A stretch of 47,517 bases of DNA from positions 1 through 47,517 of the forward strand of contig CAZDON010000001.1 in NCBI GenBank assembly GCA_964507065.1, given 5' to 3'. The position numbers were made by a program, and so were the translations under genes. The DNA comes from an uncultured Ruminococcus sp. (lineage in GTDB: Bacteria; Bacillota; Clostridia; Oscillospirales; CAG-272). Below, piece after piece: positions 43,557-47,517 of this stretch; position 1 is the stretch's first letter, and each line of letters opens with the position of its first letter. The notes under the pieces were generated by a model. That model saw nothing but the letters and a program-made list of their open reading frames with translations, was not told the origin of the DNA and ran no database searches.

Positions 43557-43949
43557 TCAAAATTTCGAGAATTTTTCGCGGAGCGCGCTCAATGTACGCT
43601 TGACCGTCCGCTCACACATATGCAGCTCCGTCGCAATCTTCCTCACGCTCCAGCCGCGCCTGTACTTCAGTATAAGCACGTCGTACTCGTTCTCGTCAAG
43701 CGTCTTTCCGAATCGTTCAAGTGTACAATACGCGTCGTGGACTGCTCGTCTTGCGTCCTCTCGTGCGCTAAGCAGCTCCTCGTGCTTCTGACAAATGGGC
43801 GCGAGCTTGTCGTGACTCGCGGGCGTTGCGTTGAAGCCCTCGCCCGACGGCGCGGGCGGGGCGTAGATAACAGACTCGTATTCCGTGAGATTATCTCTTG
43901 CGCGGTTTAACGATTTTACAGCGTTTATGTATATTTTTAAGCTATCCAT
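43557..43949 (-). CDS. phage late-gene transcriptional regulator, sigma-70 region-4 / RinA-ArpU-like HTH
   Basis: 130 aa. C-terminal HTH ILKYRRGWSVRKIATELHMCERTVKRTLSALREKF. Lies just upstream of the packaging module, as late activators do in Bacillota phages. Confidence 0.5.
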   Translation of the reverse strand: MDSLKIYINAVKSLNRARDNLTEYESVIYAPPAPSGEGFNATPASHDKLAPICQKHEELLSAREDARRAVHDAYCTLERFGKTLDENEYDVLILKYRRGWSVRKIATELHMCERTVKRTLSALREKFSKF

Positions 43950-43951
43950 TA

Positions 43952-44347
43952 TTATACCTCTCTTATCCTGATATTTTTGAGATAGAGCATAAGCTTGCGC
44001 TTGATGATATAATCCTTAGTCCGCGCGCCCTTCGCATCCTCGACGACGAGAACGCCATTCAGCATATACGTGAAATCGGCAATATACTTGACCGCACTCT
44101 CAACGACGCATCCTGGCTTCGGCTCACCCTTTCGCGGCCCACGCTTAAAGACGGACGTCGACGGCGCTCGCTGCGCTGGGATAAGCTCGAATACAACCTG
44201 GCGCTTGAGGTCGGATATTCTGCCGAGCCGCTCGTAGAGCTTTAATTCGCAATATCTATTGTATTCGCGCTTTGAGTCAAAGACCTCACCGCCGACGCTG
44301 ATTTTCTTATTGTGATATTTCACGCAAATCCCTCCGTCCTGCCGCAC
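43952..44347 (-). CDS. DUF1064-family (PD-(D/E)XK-like) phage protein
   Basis: KYHNKK..FDSKREYNRY..L...G.I..L..Q..F.L..., YIADFTY....VVEDAKG matches the DUF1064 pattern as I remember it. The start is ambiguous: GTG at 44347, or GTG at 44323 in a GTGA overlap with the upstream stop. Confidence 0.65.
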   Translation of the reverse strand: MRQDGGICVKYHNKKISVGGEVFDSKREYNRYCELKLYERLGRISDLKRQVVFELIPAQRAPSTSVFKRGPRKGEPKPGCVVESAVKYIADFTYMLNGVLVVEDAKGARTKDYIIKRKLMLYLKNIRIREV

Positions 44348-44592
44348 TCATACCACGCGTTATCACCGTAGTTGTTGTAGCGGTAAACCTTGCCTTTGGT
44401 GTAGTCCTCGATAACTACAAGAGCCGAGCCGTTGCCACTATAACCGATTTCCTTGAGGCAGTCGTTAAGGCACACAAATCGGTCAGTTTCGTCGCCCGTA
44501 GCCGTTACGCACATTCTCTTTCCCTTGTCGTTACAGATAATGTGAATAATTCCGTCCCAAGTGCCTGTTTTGTTTCCGTCTACTTTGCTCAT
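44320..44592 (-). CDS. hypothetical phage early protein
   Basis: 90 aa from the ATG at 44592 (ATGA overlap with the upstream stop). MSKVDGNKTGTWDG... No family recognised. Confidence 0.5.
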   Translation of the reverse strand: MSKVDGNKTGTWDGIIHIICNDKGKRMCVTATGDETDRFVCLNDCLKEIGYSGNGSALVVIEDYTKGKVYRYNNYGDNAWYECGRTEGFA

Positions 44593-44891
44593 TCGTTGCT
44601 CCTTTCGCCGTCCATTTTTGCACCGCATTCGGGACAATAACTTGACGGATAGCGACAAATTTCAAAATCGCCAAATTCGTTTTCACCCGCAATGAACAGT
44701 GCGGGCATATTGCATTTGCTACACCTTATCGGGTTAATTCCATCGGGTGACGGAAGCCACCTTCCGTGCCTAATCTCAACCACATCGGCGGTGGGGATTT
44801 TTGCGAAAACGTCTACAAGGTCCCCAATATGAATACCAAGCTCTGAGCTTATAACCTCTGCCGCATCGACTGCTTTAATAAATCTGCTCAT
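44589..44891 (-). CDS. hypothetical phage zinc-ribbon protein
   Basis: 100 aa from the ATG at 44891 (ATGA overlap). Contains ADVVEIRHGRW then CSKC...CPEC. Confidence 0.5.
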   Translation of the reverse strand: MSRFIKAVDAAEVISSELGIHIGDLVDVFAKIPTADVVEIRHGRWLPSPDGINPIRCSKCNMPALFIAGENEFGDFEICRYPSSYCPECGAKMDGERSNE

Positions 44892-45532
44892 TTCACGCAC
44901 CTCACACCTCGGCTGCAATAATCGTCAGGCTGCACGTCCTCATAGAAGCCTCGACGGTCGCAACGGTAAGAGGCAGAGGACTCGTCGTACACACAGTTCT
45001 CGCAACGCTCACACCGCACCACCTCGGCGAAATCATCGGCTGGGCGCTCTGAAATTTTATATATATCCATTCTGTTTTTCAGCCTTTCGATTTTCTCGGT
45101 AATTTTGGTATTAATATCGCGGTCGGAAATTTGAAATATAATCTCAAGCTGACGAAGCATTATATAGCAGTCCGCCATTTCCTCGGTTATGTTGCCGATA
45201 TTCTCGCTCCCGCGCTTATTCTTGCAAATTTCTTTGATAAGCTCGGACAATTCCTCGACAGCGACGTTAAGCTGCATATCCTTGCCGTATGTCTGAATGG
45301 CGCGCTCAAGCGTTCCTGGCTTGGATTTGCCCTCGGTCAATATCTCGACGAGAATATCGTTGTCTACCGCCATTATGAAAAGCACCCTTGCGCTGTTTAT
45401 GGGGTTATCCTCGCCAATACCCTGAACTTCGCCCTTGTAGACGTACTTGCTTGTAATCGGAAGGTCGGGCGCCTCCTTAATCATAATCCTGTCGCTCCCA
45501 TCCATAAGAGCCGTTAACTGTGATAATTTCAT
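44888..45532 (-). CDS. MazG-like all-alpha NTP pyrophosphohydrolase fused to N-terminal and Cys-rich C-terminal domains
   Basis: 214 aa. The central segment VAVEELSELIKEICK...EEMADCYIMLRQLE resembles the MazG/NTP-PPase EExxE..EExxD pattern. The C-terminus is VVRCERCENC...C...C..G.RC. Confidence 0.6.
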   Translation of the reverse strand: MKLSQLTALMDGSDRIMIKEAPDLPITSKYVYKGEVQGIGEDNPINSARVLFIMAVDNDILVEILTEGKSKPGTLERAIQTYGKDMQLNVAVEELSELIKEICKNKRGSENIGNITEEMADCYIMLRQLEIIFQISDRDINTKITEKIERLKNRMDIYKISERPADDFAEVVRCERCENCVYDESSASYRCDRRGFYEDVQPDDYCSRGVRCVK

Positions 45533-45535
45533 CGT

Positions 45536-46903
45536 TTACCTCCCTTCGATGCCAAACACGTAATGCGTACCGTCCCTGAGTGCCTTCTCATCATCCGACA
45601 TCTCATAGCCGAGGCTGATGAGCCAGTCGTAAAGCGCGTTGAGCCAGGTACAATCGTTATGCTGCACACCGTTATAATGGCAAAGACAATAATTATGCGA
45701 TTTGTCATTCTCGAAAGTGAGATATATCAAAGCAGGGATAACTCTTTCAGGCTGCTCGCGGTATGCCTTTGAAAAGATTTCGTCATTCTTCATATACTCG
45801 TTGCTTGTTTCAATTCCAAGAAATTCAAGGATTTCTTTAGGATATACCGAGTACATATAATTGAGTGCGTGAGTCGCAAGAACGTCGGTCGCGCCCTTTA
45901 GAATAAGCTCACGGTTTCTGCTATTCATTACAAGTCCCTTTGCGAAATTACGCCTGAGGACCTCTGCACTTGCGGACAGCTCTTCCGCAAGCTTCTTACG
46001 CTCGGCAATATCTCGCTCTCGTTGGATTTCCTCGTCTGATTTCTTCTGAACGGGTGGCTTGGGTTTCTTCTTGTAAACGGTGACCTCACCGAACATTTCC
46101 CACACGGAATAGAAAAGCTTTTCTCTCTTGTCCTTGTCCTTAAGCTTAATCTCGCGGTCCTCGTCCGTCGCTCTCACGGTATAAAGCGTTTCGTACTTAC
46201 CCGAATACGTTTCGCCTCTCTCGATTTTCTTCGCACCCAGGGCCTCTGCCGCCTTAATCATATCGGGAAGATGCTTTGAGATAAGCTCGTCTTTAATCGC
46301 TTTGTTAACGTAGCCGTCGAAATTGTTAGTGCCTATGTACTGAAGCACCTCGTTGCGCTTCTTAATGCTCTTAATCCCGGAAAGCTTATCGAAATCATCA
46401 AGAGATATCTGTCTTGCCGACACCTCCTTAAGCGTCTTATCGTCAAGCTCCGCCATCTTTACGCGGCGCCTAACGGTTGCCTGCGAAAATCCCGTCTTTT
46501 CGGCTATATCCGCAACACTCTCGCCCAGGTCTATCATAAGCTGAAAGCCCTTAGCCTGCTCGTAAACGGTGAGGTCACTACGCTGAATATTCTCAAGCAG
46601 CATAGTCGCAAGCTGCTCCTTCTCGCTCATCTCGGTAATTACGCAAGGCACCTCGGTGAGCCCTGCAAGCTGTGCCGCTGCCAAGCGTCTGTGACCGATA
46701 ATAACGGTGTATCTGCCCTTACCGTTGAATTTAGGATTAGTACGCGATTTAAAAGGCACTACGGTCAGATTCTGCATAATGCCGCGCGCCTTAATGCTCT
46801 CTGCAAGCTCCGTAAGGTCGCCAAGCTCTTTTCTGGGGTTGTCGGGATGAGGGAATATAGCCTCCACGGGTATCATTGTAAGATTTGAATTATTGTTGCT
46901 CAT
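45536..46903 (-). CDS. ParB/Srx-fold N-terminal domain protein with a central HTH
   Basis: 455 aa. N-terminus IPVEAIFPHPDNPRK, LAESIKARGIMQNLTVVP, IIGHRRLAAAQLAG. HTH ADIAEKTGFSQATVRRRVKMAEL. Confidence 0.8.
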   Translation of the reverse strand: MSNNNSNLTMIPVEAIFPHPDNPRKELGDLTELAESIKARGIMQNLTVVPFKSRTNPKFNGKGRYTVIIGHRRLAAAQLAGLTEVPCVITEMSEKEQLATMLLENIQRSDLTVYEQAKGFQLMIDLGESVADIAEKTGFSQATVRRRVKMAELDDKTLKEVSARQISLDDFDKLSGIKSIKKRNEVLQYIGTNNFDGYVNKAIKDELISKHLPDMIKAAEALGAKKIERGETYSGKYETLYTVRATDEDREIKLKDKDKREKLFYSVWEMFGEVTVYKKKPKPPVQKKSDEEIQRERDIAERKKLAEELSASAEVLRRNFAKGLVMNSRNRELILKGATDVLATHALNYMYSVYPKEILEFLGIETSNEYMKNDEIFSKAYREQPERVIPALIYLTFENDKSHNYCLCHYNGVQHNDCTWLNALYDWLISLGYEMSDDEKALRDGTHYVFGIEGR

Positions 46904-47001
46904 TTTTTCTTTTTCCTTTCTCTTTTAAGTTTTTCCTTACAGGCAACACACACCCACCCATACCCTTCGGCCAGGTATGCGCCGCAAAATATACAGCTCA
47001 T
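46900..47001 (-). CDS. 33-aa zinc-ribbon micro-ORF (MSCIFCGAYLAEGYGWVCVACKEKLKRERKKKK)
   Basis: Hand-translated and below the ORF-track cutoff. Its ATG overlaps the ssb TGA (ATGA at 47001-46998) and its TGA overlaps the parB-like ATG (ATGA at 46903-46900). It has two CxxC pairs and a basic tail. Confidence 0.5.
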   Translation of the reverse strand: MSCIFCGAYLAEGYGWVCVACKEKLKRERKKKK

Positions 47002-47468
47002 CAGAAGGGCAAATCGCTATCGTTCGGGATTTCCTCGAACTTGGCGCTGTTACCCATAGGCGAGGGCGGCAGTCCGTACGCCTCAGGCGAATAGCTCTGC
47101 TGGGTGGGTGCCTTCTGTGTCGGCGCGCTCTGCTCCTGAGCAGCGGGTGCTACGAACGACACCTCGTCCGCAACGACCTCAGTCGCGTATCTCTTCTGAC
47201 CCTGGTTGTCAGTCCAGTTTCTGACCTGAAGCTGACCGCATATGAGTATAGGATTGCCTTTCTTGAAATAACGGCAGACGAACTCTGCCTGCTGCCGCCA
47301 CGCGACGACGGTTATAAAATCGACCTGCTGATTTCCGTTCTCGTCCTTTCCGAATCTACGGTTGACCGCGATAGAGAAGCTGCAAACGGAAAGACCGCCT
47401 GCCGTCTGCTTAAGCTCAGGGTCTGCTGTTACGTTGCCAATGAGAAGGACCTTATTAAATGATGCCAT
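47001..47468 (-). CDS. ssb: single-stranded DNA-binding protein
   Basis: 155 aa. OB-fold N-terminus (NKVLLIGNVTADPELKQT..), Gln/Pro-rich linker, canonical acidic tip DSDLPF. GGAGG SD upstream. Confidence 0.93.
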   Translation of the reverse strand: MASFNKVLLIGNVTADPELKQTAGGLSVCSFSIAVNRRFGKDENGNQQVDFITVVAWRQQAEFVCRYFKKGNPILICGQLQVRNWTDNQGQKRYATEVVADEVSFVAPAAQEQSAPTQKAPTQQSYSPEAYGLPPSPMGNSAKFEEIPNDSDLPF

Positions 47469-47517
47469 AATTATTAAGCCTCCAGTCTGTAAATGTTGTA
47501 ATGAATTTTGCCGAAGC

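Larger units (their letters stand above)
23394..47517 (-). mobile_element. tailed-phage prophage (right part and integrase side lie outside the window)
   Basis: Uninterrupted minus-strand array of phage replication, packaging, head, tail and accessory genes with overlapping stops and starts. The left limit is next to the tRNA 3' remnant. The window ends upstream of ssb. Confidence 0.9.

Noticed and set aside
1-47517. CRISPR arrays, rRNA genes, IS/transposase genes, and an integrase or CI-type repressor
   Set aside because: I scanned by eye for regularly spaced repeats, rRNA-like stretches, and DDE, tyrosine or serine recombinase-like ORFs, and found none. The integrase and lysogeny module are presumably beyond the right edge.

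Overview
The window has two parts. (1) Positions 1 to about 23.3 kb are core chromosome of a Bacillota (Clostridia-like) genome. It carries dxr(partial)-rseP-ispG-polC, a small three-gene operon, a YfcE-type phosphoesterase, a short AT-rich islet (membrane protein plus XRE regulator), glmM with an LbH transferase-like gene, ybaK-like, an XRE-membrane regulator plus ABC exporter, an M3-like lipoprotein peptidase, glk, and nifS-nifU-mnmA. (2) From about 23.4 kb to the right edge lies a tailed-phage prophage that continues beyond the window. All its genes are on the minus strand: ssb, a micro zinc-ribbon ORF, parB-like, a MazG fusion, small ORFs, DUF1064, a sigma/RinA-like late regulator, terS, terL, portal, MuF-like, scaffold, capsid, head-tail genes, tail genes, a fibre and a membrane-protein module. 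It ends at a tRNA 3'-end remnant that I read as attR. No integrase or repressor is in the window. The main candidate for something new is a pair of AT-rich cassettes embedded in the virion-gene block (42545-43336 and 36746-37456), each running from its own promoter to its own terminator. Each encodes a protein of about 155 aa with a shared N-terminal leader (W-x-E-x-x-HPR-x-x-x-GRFT ... GSI[VL]PG[KS]GE) and an unrelated C-terminal domain. Each is followed by a closely abutting or overlapping small ORF and a near-identical UUCG-type terminator repeat. I interpret these as polymorphic, probably capsid-delivered (MuF-associated) effector plus immunity-like modules. The domain assignments are inference and need HMM or structure searches. 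Other points: the lysis position holds three membrane proteins with no recognisable endolysin, and the tail module has no recognisable tape measure. There is also an AT-rich terminal two-gene moron with a DnaJ-type zinc finger. The region before terS contains a leader RNA region and stacked terminators. No rRNA, intact tRNA or CRISPR array was seen.
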